DNA of 64,000 nucleotides, taken from a virus. Lineage: Duplodnaviria > Caudoviricetes. The notes under the pieces are model-generated. The model was not told where the DNA came from. It made no database searches and saw nothing but the letters and a program-made list of their open reading frames with translations. Below, piece by piece: positions 25,493 to 35,577 of the stretch. The stretch covers positions 32,001 through 96,000 of IMG/VR virus record IMGVR_UViG_3300028284_000003. One strand, written 5' to 3'. Every line of letters begins with the position of its first letter. The stretch's first letter is position 1. Position numbers and translations under genes: made by a program.

Positions 25493-28400
25493 AAATAGAC
25501 ACTCCTACTGTTTGAACTTGAACATCTCCTGATGTTAAAATATTTTGAAGTCTTTTTATTTCTGCAATAAGCAGCTGTTGATCCATAACGTTTATTGAGT
25601 TATTTGAAGTAGAACTTGCAGTTCCTTCAGAACCTGAACTTCCACCACCAAATAGTGCAGCTGCTCCAGATTTAATAGTATTCATTGCTCCATCTATAAA
25701 TGATTGATTTCCTTCTCTTGCTTCTTCGACTGTTCCACCAAAGTCTGCGATCATTAATGCAAGTTTCTCGACTGCTTTAATTAAATCATCACCAAGAGCT
25801 TCAATTGCATCTTCTCCTCCTTGTTCAGAAAGATATGCAAGTGCCTTAAACATATTTGAAGTTTCTACAATTGCTTCAATATCTAAATTATTTGTAGTTT
25901 CTCCAATCATTTGATAAGACTTAGCAACATGTCTTAAATCATCTTTAATATCACTTAAATCAAGATCTTCAAGATCTTCTATAAAGTTTAACATACTTGG
26001 GAAACCTTCAACATTTACTTGCCCTAGAGTTTGCATACTCTTTGAAATATCTTTAATTGCTTGTCCAACAATTACATGATTTCCAAATTTACCAGATTCT
26101 GCAATAAGATCTTCTGCATCGTCTAAATCTAAATCATCCATTCTTACAATAGCACTGCTTATTATTTTAAAAGCCATTGAAGTCTGTGTAAGAGTTGTTG
26201 GTATTTTTGATACCTTTTCAATAAACATAGACACGTTATTCAAAGATTCTGTCTCTTTACCCATTGCTATCATAGTGTCTATTCCTTGTTTTCCAAAACG
26301 AAACGCGTTGAAAAAACTTCTAATTCCTCCTGATACTGTGTAAACTGCATTACCGTCTACCTTTGAAAGTTCTTGTAAACTTTTTGCAAATTCTAATAAA
26401 AATTCGTTTATTTTTTTAGGAGCATCTGGTGCACTCTTATTAAATTCTGCCATTGCTTTAACTATGTTACCAAGAATTGGTGGCATTTGTTCAGCTATTG
26501 AAAGTCCCCTAGACGCGTCACCTTTTTCTTTCCAATCTTTATAAGTCTTTCCTATTGCTGCAAATCCTTCAACTAATGTAGCAACTAGTTTCATTATATT
26601 ACTTCCTACCTTTTTTAACATATTACCTTGGGTTAAATCTATTATCTTTGTAACCTTTTGAGGATTATTTGGATCCCCGTAAACGTTAAATTTAAGAGAT
26701 GCCATATCTCTCATTCCATTTGCAATTCCTCCAATTGCTCCTCCTAGTCCTTGTACCATTGAAATACCAGCTGCAACTGGATCTTTTTTGCCAGCACTCT
26801 TTATCATCTGCCATAAACTCTGCTCACCTTTATCGTATTTTTTACCAATATTTCCAAAAGCTCCACTTAATGATTCTACCATCATGGCTACGTTTGTATT
26901 AATCGCAGACATGGCAGCTCCATCTAGTGTAATAATTTCTTTTATACTTCCATCTGGATTATATGTTGGGAATTGTAGTTTCGCCATTTTTGACATTCCA
27001 AATGCAATGCTACTAAGAGCATTACCCATTCCCATTACACTCTGAATTCCTTGATAAACAAGTCCTCCACCTAACCCAAATAAACCAGCTCCTCCATATT
27101 CTTTACCTATTCTTGCAAATACATCTGCAAGGGTATTAATAATATTTTCCATTTGAATTGGGAATGTTTCATAATTTATGTCTAGTCCTTGGAATTTTTC
27201 AATTCCTTTACCTATAGTGACCATCGCAGCTCCTGCGACTAGCATTGCGCTTGAACCAACTAATATTGAGGCTGCTCTAATTGGATCCCACATAAACGAG
27301 TACCCGACTGCTGATAATAATTTTTCTAAATTAGAAACACTTCCTCCTAACAATCCTGTATCTCCACTAGGTGCTAACATGTTTTTCCAACCAGTTCCTT
27401 GAAATACCTTGCTCATTACCATTAAACCTGCTCCTATTACTACCAATGCTGTACCTGCAACTAGCATAGATGCTGCACCTGCTAATATTAATGGAGCAAC
27501 TGCACCTGCAGCTGCCATTGCTAAACCTAAGCCGACAATAGTTATACCAACCTGGGCTAAAAATTCCCATGGACTATCAAGTCCTTTTATTGCATCTGCG
27601 AATATTTTAATACCTAACGCTATTCCAATTAGTGCTAAGGCAGAAAATCCCATTACTAATGCACCTATATAAACATTACCAGCAAATTTACCAATAAGTG
27701 CAAATGCAAGACCTACGCCTATTACTGTCAACCCAACTAATCCAATTGTCATTAGAGTCTTCTCATCTGGTGGTAATAATACTGCAAACAGGGCCAATGA
27801 AACCCCTAGTGATAATATTGCTAGTCCTGTAAATACTAAAGCAGTTGACGCCTTTTCCATGGTCTTTGTAACTCCCATTTTTTCAAGAGCCATAAATGTG
27901 AGTCCAATAAGTGTTATAACTATTCCTGCTAATACTGCACCTACTATTGCAAATGGATAAACTAATGCTGAAAGTGCAAGTTTTATACCAAATTGTAAAA
28001 TGCTATTTCCAATATCACCTAATGCCTTTAAAGTATCTTGAGTCTCTTTATTCATTAATGGCTTAGATGCCCAAGCTAACGCCTTTGTTATTACAAATAT
28101 ACTGAGCGCAAAAAGAGGAGCCGCTATTACCCCTACTAATAATAGAGGAGTTGCTAGTAATAAATATCCTGCAAATTCAAGTATTGCCTTTCCAAGACCT
28201 TTAATAGCAACTAGGCCTGTGCCTATTGCTTCCATTTTTTCTTTAGCCTCTTCTCCGCTGGTAGACATTTTATCAATAACCTCAGCTATTGCACCGAATC
28301 CCTTTGCTATCGATGTTAGACCCTTTTCACCAAGTAGTCTCCAAGCCAAAGCTTCTTTCATAGTAAGTCCACCAAAAAGAGATACTCTTTCTACTTTAGA

Positions 28401-28541
28401 TTCTCTAGCATTTAATTGATTGATATTTTCTGCAATATCTTCAAGTAAATTGTACATTGGACCACCTGGATTTACAGAATCTGCAATTTCCCTCTGTGCC
28501 TCATAGCTTAATTTTTCAAATGGAGATTTAAACGCGCTCAA
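25491..28541 (-). CDS. tail tape measure protein
   Basis: 1016 aa, Ala/Gly-rich helical with a TM cluster, downstream of sheath-tube-chaperones; late motif at 28563-28571. Confidence 0.75.
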   Translation of the reverse strand: MSAFKSPFEKLSYEAQREIADSVNPGGPMYNLLEDIAENINQLNARESKVERVSLFGGLTMKEALAWRLLGEKGLTSIAKGFGAIAEVIDKMSTSGEEAKEKMEAIGTGLVAIKGLGKAILEFAGYLLLATPLLLVGVIAAPLFALSIFVITKALAWASKPLMNKETQDTLKALGDIGNSILQFGIKLALSALVYPFAIVGAVLAGIVITLIGLTFMALEKMGVTKTMEKASTALVFTGLAILSLGVSLALFAVLLPPDEKTLMTIGLVGLTVIGVGLAFALIGKFAGNVYIGALVMGFSALALIGIALGIKIFADAIKGLDSPWEFLAQVGITIVGLGLAMAAAGAVAPLILAGAASMLVAGTALVVIGAGLMVMSKVFQGTGWKNMLAPSGDTGLLGGSVSNLEKLLSAVGYSFMWDPIRAASILVGSSAMLVAGAAMVTIGKGIEKFQGLDINYETFPIQMENIINTLADVFARIGKEYGGAGLFGLGGGLVYQGIQSVMGMGNALSSIAFGMSKMAKLQFPTYNPDGSIKEIITLDGAAMSAINTNVAMMVESLSGAFGNIGKKYDKGEQSLWQMIKSAGKKDPVAAGISMVQGLGGAIGGIANGMRDMASLKFNVYGDPNNPQKVTKIIDLTQGNMLKKVGSNIMKLVATLVEGFAAIGKTYKDWKEKGDASRGLSIAEQMPPILGNIVKAMAEFNKSAPDAPKKINEFLLEFAKSLQELSKVDGNAVYTVSGGIRSFFNAFRFGKQGIDTMIAMGKETESLNNVSMFIEKVSKIPTTLTQTSMAFKIISSAIVRMDDLDLDDAEDLIAESGKFGNHVIVGQAIKDISKSMQTLGQVNVEGFPSMLNFIEDLEDLDLSDIKDDLRHVAKSYQMIGETTNNLDIEAIVETSNMFKALAYLSEQGGEDAIEALGDDLIKAVEKLALMIADFGGTVEEAREGNQSFIDGAMNTIKSGAAALFGGGSSGSEGTASSTSNNSINVMDQQLLIAEIKRLQNILTSGDVQVQTVGVSI

Positions 28542-28571
28542 ATGTTTAACACTGTTTTTTCTTTATATATC

Positions 28572-28901
28572 TTAGATTTTTGGCATTTTAACGCTTGGCA
28601 TCTTAGGAGATTTATATTGGCTCATATTTGGCATCTGTTTCTTATAATCACTATATTTCTCTTGCATTTGCTCATTCTGTTCTCCTTCTTTCTTCTGTTG
28701 ATTCTTTAAATGATCTGAAAGATTTTTAACATAATAGAAATACTCATAATAATCGAGATTATCTATTTCACTAGGCTGGAGATGTAAATGAAACCCCAGA
28801 TAGAATTTAGTCTTAAAGAAGTTCTCCAGCGAGATCTGAAATAATGAAAAGACTTTTGATTCCACCTGGGAACTGAAGAGGGACACTAACGTCTTCTCCA
28901 T
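28572..28901 (-). CDS. baseplate hub/tail assembly chaperone (gp51-like small protein); true start uncertain
   Basis: SLENFFKTKF..H...SEIDNL..YE pattern as in T4-like small hub assembly proteins; overlaps the upstream gene in +1 frame. Confidence 0.55.
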   Translation of the reverse strand: MEKTLVSLFSSQVESKVFSLFQISLENFFKTKFYLGFHLHLQPSEIDNLDYYEYFYYVKNLSDHLKNQQKKEGEQNEQMQEKYSDYKKQMPNMSQYKSPKMPSVKMPKI

Positions 28902-29811
28902 CTACGTCTACTAACATTTCAGGCTCTGCGCCTATTTTCATTTTTTCTGCAAGTCTATAAGTCACCATATATTTCTTTTCATTCCATCCTTGGAATGCAA
29001 CCTCAGAATTAAATATTTCTGTTTGATTAAATCCTCTCCAATCAAGTTGAATGTATGGTAAGATTTGAATAAATGCTTGATCCCATCTTTTCTTCTTATC
29101 GTTTTGCTCTTTAATGTATTTTGTAACTTCTTCCATTACACCAATACAAGGTGGCTTCATTAAGATTTCACCTGAACTTTTAGTTTGAATTCTAAAACAT
29201 CTTGCAACAGCATCATAATACTTTTCAATTTCTGCTGGAATTTCAGTAGTAACAAAGTTTTTTGTGGCTAATTCAACATCTTTAGTTGTTCCATAACTAT
29301 TTTCAGCCTTTAACATTAATTTATTTTCAGCTTCCGGAAAAGTTAAATCTCTAATTTGTAAAAGAATTGCAATTCTATCTTCTTCTAAAAGATCTTTATA
29401 AGAAAGTTTCTTATTAGGAGATTCAATTCTCATACATGATTTAACAATACTATTTAATTTTTCTTCGATATCTAAAAGACTGTTTTCATTCATTGTTGAA
29501 AAATGTCTGATTTCAGTAACTTTTGCAGATCTAATAGAAATTTTAGTATCTTGTGGATAAAAACGTCCTCTAGAAAAAAGAGTTTCCATATCAACCGAGT
29601 GATAGCCTAAAACAAAATCAGACTTATCTGCCTTTTGAGTAGCATATCTTTCCATATTTACAGAACCTAAACCTTCTTTGTTAATTTTTTCTTCTATTGG
29701 ATCAACTGTTTCCATAGTTTCATTATTAGTAGCATCTGTATTTTCAAATGCTCCACCTTCTTGTTCTTTATCGTTTAAGAACTTTTCAAAATCTTTGTTG
29801 TCTTCACTCAT
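28813..29811 (-). CDS. baseplate hub assembly / tail chaperone (gp26-like)
   Basis: position between tube and tape measure; L.SRG..Y and DR..ILL.IR..T motifs. Confidence 0.6.
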   Translation of the reverse strand: MSEDNKDFEKFLNDKEQEGGAFENTDATNNETMETVDPIEEKINKEGLGSVNMERYATQKADKSDFVLGYHSVDMETLFSRGRFYPQDTKISIRSAKVTEIRHFSTMNENSLLDIEEKLNSIVKSCMRIESPNKKLSYKDLLEEDRIAILLQIRDLTFPEAENKLMLKAENSYGTTKDVELATKNFVTTEIPAEIEKYYDAVARCFRIQTKSSGEILMKPPCIGVMEEVTKYIKEQNDKKKRWDQAFIQILPYIQLDWRGFNQTEIFNSEVAFQGWNEKKYMVTYRLAEKMKIGAEPEMLVDVDGEDVSVPLQFPGGIKSLFIISDLAGELL

Positions 29812-29844
29812 ATCGATGTGTTTATTAAATTATATACTTTAATT

Positions 29845-30042
29845 TTATTTTGTTTCAGAATTATTTTTTTTAATTTCATTTTGTATTAATTCTCTCACAA
29901 ACGCACTAACAGATTTAGGCCTTTGTTTTTCGGCCATGGCCTTACTTAATATAATATGATTAAGTTCTTCAAACTCTGGTTCAGTTAAAAGTACTTGAAT
30001 TTTTTTAATTAATTTATTTACTATGTAGTCTTCCTTTGACAT
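29845..30042 (-). CDS. ribbon-helix-helix-like small DNA-binding protein
   Basis: KIQVLLT..E....SVSAFVRELI. Confidence 0.55.
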   Translation of the reverse strand: MSKEDYIVNKLIKKIQVLLTEPEFEELNHIILSKAMAEKQRPKSVSAFVRELIQNEIKKNNSETK

Positions 30043-30120
30043 ATTATTATAATATTATAATCTTTTTTCTAGATAAAAAATAGAGAAGACTTAAATCCTC
30101 TCTATATTTTAATCTGTTTT

Positions 30121-30675
30121 TTAAACTAGTTCTTCTGCGAATGTGTCACATCTCCATACAACATCCATTGTTTGAGGTTCTCCATTTGCATAATCAAAAT
30201 CAGTACCTGGATTAACTGCAGAACTGATAAAGCAATCTTGTAGAGTTACTTTTCTGTAAATGTCACCTGCTCTGTTAAATTGAACTATAACAATTTGACC
30301 TACATAATCTTTTTTAAGACCTGTTTCTCCAGTTTCTGGATTATATTGAAGTCTATGCCAATCTCTTAACGTTTTATATACATACATTTGATTTGCATCA
30401 TTTAAGTTTAATGAAAATTGAACTGTAACGTCAATAAATGAATCAGCTGGAATACCTGCAAAGGATCTTGATGACCATTTAAATTTTTGAGCAACAGGAT
30501 CTCCTGCTTTATTAAGTTCTAAACCAGTAACTGTATTAACGTGTTGAATTAATAATTCTTGACCGCCAACACCTGCTGGTGGAAGAATAGTTATTTCAAA
30601 CATGTTCATTAATACTGGTTCAAAGTTCTTACCTTTCTTACTAGTTTGATCGTTTGAATAATGTGGTAATGCCAT
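30121..30675 (-). CDS. tail tube protein (gp19-like)
   Basis: follows the sheath; W....YNP.TG..GLKKDY motif. Confidence 0.85.
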   Translation of the reverse strand: MALPHYSNDQTSKKGKNFEPVLMNMFEITILPPAGVGGQELLIQHVNTVTGLELNKAGDPVAQKFKWSSRSFAGIPADSFIDVTVQFSLNLNDANQMYVYKTLRDWHRLQYNPETGETGLKKDYVGQIVIVQFNRAGDIYRKVTLQDCFISSAVNPGTDFDYANGEPQTMDVVWRCDTFAEELV

Positions 30676-30725
30676 TTTGTTTTTCTTTTATTTTTAATTA
30701 TATATCTTTAAAATTTCTATAAAAC

Positions 30726-30752
30726 TAAGAGGGTATGTTTCAACCCTCTTAA
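30726..30752 (-). terminator. hairpin/terminator between sheath and tube
   Basis: taagaggg..ccctctta inverted repeat. Confidence 0.6.
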
Positions 30753-30764
30753 TAAAATTTATTT

Positions 30765-33026
30765 TTAGAAGTTACCTGATGCGATTTCTCCAGTATTTAA
30801 GACTGTTGTTCTATGAACTATAATCTCTAAACCTTTAACTGGTTCAACAAATGTATCTAAGATACCGATATTATTATCGATAACTTCATTAGTATTGTTT
30901 GTTTGATCCATTACGTTTTTAAAAGCATATACCCCTTGATCAGAAAGAACTCCTTCCATAAATGAATCGGCTAAAGTTTTTATTTCTAATCTCGTCTGTG
31001 CTGTGTTAAATTCAAAAACATAACCTTTAAGAATATCTGCAATTCCGTTTTCTATAAAAATTAATACTTCTCTTACGTGAGCAGAACTTAAAGCTGATTT
31101 TACAGACTGCTGTGCAGTTTTATTACCTTTAATTACAAGACCAACTCCTCTTTCGAATACGATTGGGTTATAACCAAATGGTTCTAAGTTATCTCTATCT
31201 GATTTATCAAATGGATATTCAGCTCCAATTACATTAGTACCTGCAATAACTCCTCTTCTTGGACCTGCAACGATTGACCATGGTAATGAATCTGTAAATT
31301 TATCAATATAGTTATTTGATACATAAGCAGCTGGTGGAACAACTGTTATTTTTCCATTTTCTCTAACATTTAAACCAGGACCATAGTAGAATCCGTAGCT
31401 TGCACCGTCATTAATTGAAGGTAAAGAATATGTAGCTGTTGGATTTTGTGATAAATCACCTCCGTCTTTTACAAATCTTGTTTCAAAACTTTTAGTAGAT
31501 GCATCTTTAAAAGATGGATCTGTAGATTTTTTAAATTCTTCAACTGTTGGTGCATTTAAGATACAAGAAACATTTTGTCTCTCTTTTGCAATTTGAGTAA
31601 GTTCAACTTTGTTTAAAATACCAGCTTCATATGATCCAAAAGAATCTACGATATATCTTAAATCAATAACATCTCTATCAACTAATGCAGCTTTAACACC
31701 TCCGCTTGAGAATGCAGTTAAACAACCTAGAATTGTTTGATCCGCAATTGCTGCTTTAGGAAGATTAAACATTTTATATTCCGTTGCAACGCTTTCAAAT
31801 GATTTAACAGCAAGATCAGTAGCTGGATCAAATGCAGCATCAACTGGCTGTGAACAACTCACAGTATAAGTAGTTGGTGCAATACCTGATTGAGAAATTC
31901 TTGTTACTCTAGCTAAAGTATCAGTAGCAGCTGCTGGCATATAATCACCTACAGATAATGCTAATTCGTCATCATTTGCTGATGTAAATGTAAATGATGA
32001 TCCAGATGCAGCAAATACAAAGTCTGTTGCTGAAAAATCAATTGATCTAGCACCTGCACTTAAATTATATGAAAGTAATTTATGAGCAGTTGATGCGTCA
32101 TATGCATTACCAATTAAGTCAGTGTTTCCTGCTTCTACTGCATCTTCGTTAATAGCACAGAATAAACCTGTTCTTCTAGTTTCTGCATTAATTTGTTGTT
32201 CAATGTATAAACCATTACCTTCTAAATCTGTGAAAGCTGGGATAATTGAACCAGTATATTGTGCTAATAAATTAACTGTTCTTTCATTAGTGAATGCAAC
32301 TAATTCATCTTTTAATAAACCTGTTGAAGTAAAATAATCTCCATAAACTGGATCTAAATCCATTGTAGAAGCTTGGAATTTACCTTGATATAATAAAACA
32401 TCAACCATATAGTCTGAAATAAAATCAAACTCATTAATTCCATCAGGAATATTTCCTTCACCGTACCATTCTCTTGCAGTAACATTAAAAGAAGGGTCAA
32501 TATCTTGAGCTTGTCTAACAATAACTGAAAGATTACCTTGTCCAATATTTATTAAATTTAATGCAGTTTTTGAAGTTTCTAAATCTCCTAAAGTAGCTAA
32601 AACTTCTTGATCAGAAGGATACATGAATTTATCAGTATTGTGAAAATCTGTATAAGGTTCAGTACCTGTAGAATTTAAAGCTGTTGCATCGTTTCCATCA
32701 GTAACCATACTTGCAAATGAAGCTAAATCATTAGAATTAAAATTAGCTAAGTTCATAGCTAAGATTGGACCTCTCTTTAATGCTTCTAAACATGATCTGT
32801 GAAAGAACATTCCTTTCTTTTCTAATTTTTTGTCGATTCCACCAAAGATTAAAACAAAAGTTTCTGTATCTTCAACGTAAACCGGCGTGTTGTAAGGTCC
32901 CTTTCTTGAGTGACCTGCAACTAATCTTATTGTCTCAGCAGATATACTTGATACCTGGGATTTATCAAATTCTAAACGGTATACACCACTAGATTTGAAT
33001 TGTAATAATTGAGGACTAAGTGCCAT
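30765..33026 (-). CDS. contractile tail sheath protein (gp18-like)
   Basis: SSGVY..E.D, KGP.N.P, PW..VAGPRRG, NPI, FEFN motifs. Confidence 0.92.
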   Translation of the reverse strand: MALSPQLLQFKSSGVYRLEFDKSQVSSISAETIRLVAGHSRKGPYNTPVYVEDTETFVLIFGGIDKKLEKKGMFFHRSCLEALKRGPILAMNLANFNSNDLASFASMVTDGNDATALNSTGTEPYTDFHNTDKFMYPSDQEVLATLGDLETSKTALNLINIGQGNLSVIVRQAQDIDPSFNVTAREWYGEGNIPDGINEFDFISDYMVDVLLYQGKFQASTMDLDPVYGDYFTSTGLLKDELVAFTNERTVNLLAQYTGSIIPAFTDLEGNGLYIEQQINAETRRTGLFCAINEDAVEAGNTDLIGNAYDASTAHKLLSYNLSAGARSIDFSATDFVFAASGSSFTFTSANDDELALSVGDYMPAAATDTLARVTRISQSGIAPTTYTVSCSQPVDAAFDPATDLAVKSFESVATEYKMFNLPKAAIADQTILGCLTAFSSGGVKAALVDRDVIDLRYIVDSFGSYEAGILNKVELTQIAKERQNVSCILNAPTVEEFKKSTDPSFKDASTKSFETRFVKDGGDLSQNPTATYSLPSINDGASYGFYYGPGLNVRENGKITVVPPAAYVSNNYIDKFTDSLPWSIVAGPRRGVIAGTNVIGAEYPFDKSDRDNLEPFGYNPIVFERGVGLVIKGNKTAQQSVKSALSSAHVREVLIFIENGIADILKGYVFEFNTAQTRLEIKTLADSFMEGVLSDQGVYAFKNVMDQTNNTNEVIDNNIGILDTFVEPVKGLEIIVHRTTVLNTGEIASGNF

Positions 33027-33086
33027 AATTTTTATCTATTTTTTTTAGTTTTTATATTCTATATATCTACCTAAATCTAGAGTATT

Positions 33087-34901
33087 CTATAATAAGTCGT
33101 AAATGTCAAAGTTAAGGTCTCCTTGTTCTTGACTGTCTTTATATAGCGTTAGTTCCATATAGTCATGGATTTCAGGATCTATAATATCCAGTAATTCTTC
33201 TATTGAATCTGCATATGCTGTAGTGTTAAAATATTCTGTTGCAATTACACTTGACATTGCAAGATCATCATGTCCCATTTGTGCACCATATTTACCACTT
33301 GGTAATGTACCGAAAAGACTTATTTCATTTGCAGTTTCAAATTCAGTTATATTCATTCTGTTAATCTCATATAATGATTTAAAGTTTTGGCAAAAGATTG
33401 GCTTATTATCATTTTTTATTTTAATACCGTGTTTAACTCCTCTTGCGTCATGTCTATGTTTAAATCTAAGTACCATCTCTTCATCAAAATCATTTCTTCT
33501 TGGAAATACTGTTTGTAAATATTTAAGTAGCACAGAACCATAAGTATTAAACTCTATTACCATCTTAACATTTTCACTATATAAAAGATCTACACTAATA
33601 ATATAGAGACATTTTGCAAAATCTTCTATTACGTGTTCATTAGATCTAAACGTGCCCACCTGATTAAGTTTAAAGAAGTCATACATTGCACCTGGAGTTG
33701 TTAGATTATCCATCTCCTTCTTTGTCATTGGATCGACCCTAAATATGTTAATGATCGAGTAGTCGCCTCCATTACCCTCAGCAATGTCAACTGATAGCAA
33801 CCAATATTTGTCTCTATCTCCTAATGTTTCAATGTCAAATCCAGGATGCCAACTTAAAAAACCTTTAGTATCTATTTGTACATCTATGAAATTATCAATA
33901 TCGTGATAGACATAATCTTTCATTTTACTTCTCAATTTCTTCATAGAACCAGGGTCTAATAAAAGATTTGATGAACTAACGAACTCATTTCCATACTGTC
34001 TATTAAATGCTTCTATACTTCCTAAGTTTCCAAGTTCTCTCTTATACCAATCATCATCTCTGTCTGGATGTTGCCACCAATCTATTCTCATTGGATGATA
34101 TTCATTATCACCTCTTTCTGCTGCACTATAAATCTTATAAAATTTATTAAAACCATTTGGTGTACTTGTAATAATAATCCTTGAAACCTTAGACGCTGAA
34201 AGTGTTGGATAAACGTTTTCGTAAAAGGTATCAACTATTGAAGGGTGAATGTGAGCAAACTCATCTAAAAACAAGAGGTGAATTGTAAAACCAATACCTG
34301 CCTTTGCTGTTGTACTCTGCCCTACAAGTCTACTTCCATTATCACATTTTACATTCATTACATCGTACTTTGTAATTCCTGGCTTCATAAAGAATGGCAA
34401 GTTTTCTAAAACAACCTTTGCTTTATCTATAATTTCTTTTGTAGTATCAGATTTATTTGCAAGTAAGAGCGTATTTTTATCTGTAGAAAATGTTAAAAAC
34501 CAGGCATTAAATATAGATGCCATAACAGTCTTACCCATTTGTCTACTCGCAAGACATATATTAAATCTATTATTTTGGAAATTTCTCAACATGCCTTTTT
34601 GATAGTCTCTCAACTTTACTTGTTGAATTCCCTCATCCGTAAGAACTACTGCATATTTCTCTGCAAAATAAACAATATCCGCAGCACATCTTGCAAGTTC
34701 TTGAATCTCAGCATCTGTATATTCAAAAACAATATTACCTCTTCTTAAAAATTGTCTACCTTCATAAAATGGCATTTTAACCTGAGGCTTATAACCTTGG
34801 TCTAAGGCTACTGTTAAGTCATCTACCTTTTTAGTTGACCAAACTAATCGGTCACTACCTGCCTGTTCCGTTTCTTTAGGTATCCAAAAATTATCGCTCA
34901 T
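33087..34901 (-). CDS. terminase large subunit (gp17)
   Basis: SRQMGKT Walker A, LDEFAH Walker B, TSTPNG, VDIAEG..DYS, HDDLAMS. Confidence 0.95.
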   Translation of the reverse strand: MSDNFWIPKETEQAGSDRLVWSTKKVDDLTVALDQGYKPQVKMPFYEGRQFLRRGNIVFEYTDAEIQELARCAADIVYFAEKYAVVLTDEGIQQVKLRDYQKGMLRNFQNNRFNICLASRQMGKTVMASIFNAWFLTFSTDKNTLLLANKSDTTKEIIDKAKVVLENLPFFMKPGITKYDVMNVKCDNGSRLVGQSTTAKAGIGFTIHLLFLDEFAHIHPSIVDTFYENVYPTLSASKVSRIIITSTPNGFNKFYKIYSAAERGDNEYHPMRIDWWQHPDRDDDWYKRELGNLGSIEAFNRQYGNEFVSSSNLLLDPGSMKKLRSKMKDYVYHDIDNFIDVQIDTKGFLSWHPGFDIETLGDRDKYWLLSVDIAEGNGGDYSIINIFRVDPMTKKEMDNLTTPGAMYDFFKLNQVGTFRSNEHVIEDFAKCLYIISVDLLYSENVKMVIEFNTYGSVLLKYLQTVFPRRNDFDEEMVLRFKHRHDARGVKHGIKIKNDNKPIFCQNFKSLYEINRMNITEFETANEISLFGTLPSGKYGAQMGHDDLAMSSVIATEYFNTTAYADSIEELLDIIDPEIHDYMELTLYKDSQEQGDLNFDIYDLL

Positions 34902-35547
34902 TATCTTCTATCTCTGCGTCTTCTATATCGGCTTGTTGAATTCCAGCCTGGATTTGATTCATTAAGTCTTTTGTACCTCTTTGTATATTTGCACTTGAGT
35001 TATTACCACCGACTCTATTTTCTAACTCTTGGTCATCATCTCTCTTTTTATAAAGTTCAATGTCTCTCGCAATTCTCTTTGTACTTTCTTCAGTTGCCAT
35101 TAAATACATTGTCTGGCTCTTAATAATATCTAACATTGATTTCTGTAACGTGGCAAGTACCTCAAACATTCTAGGTGCAAGTTCTCCACCTTCTATAGTT
35201 TCTAACAATGTAGTTAGGGCTCTCTCACCTGCATTTAATTGATAGACTAATGAGCTCATTGTCATTTCGTCCATTTTCTTTTTAGCCATTAAATACTCAT
35301 CCTTTTCAATAATCTCTGCATCTAAATAAAATTGCATAAGACTTGTGATAGTTTTCTTAGCCTGTTTTTCAGCACCGGATTTCATATCACCATAATTAAT
35401 TGCTGGGGTTGCGTTATGAAATTTAGGAGCTGGTAAATCAGTTGGATCTTGCTCTACGTCTATCATTTCATCTGGTCCTAAAAGATCTTCTAATTCTTTT
35501 TTAATCTCGTCGGCCTGTTCTGAAATTGTTTTCTTTTTCTCTGACAT
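34891..35547 (-). CDS. terminase small subunit (gp16-like)
   Basis: immediately upstream of TerL; PRMFEVLATL motif. Confidence 0.7.
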   Translation of the reverse strand: MSEKKKTISEQADEIKKELEDLLGPDEMIDVEQDPTDLPAPKFHNATPAINYGDMKSGAEKQAKKTITSLMQFYLDAEIIEKDEYLMAKKKMDEMTMSSLVYQLNAGERALTTLLETIEGGELAPRMFEVLATLQKSMLDIIKSQTMYLMATEESTKRIARDIELYKKRDDDQELENRVGGNNSSANIQRGTKDLMNQIQAGIQQADIEDAEIEDNER

Positions 35548-35577
35548 TATCTATAGTTTTATAATCTATATATTCGA

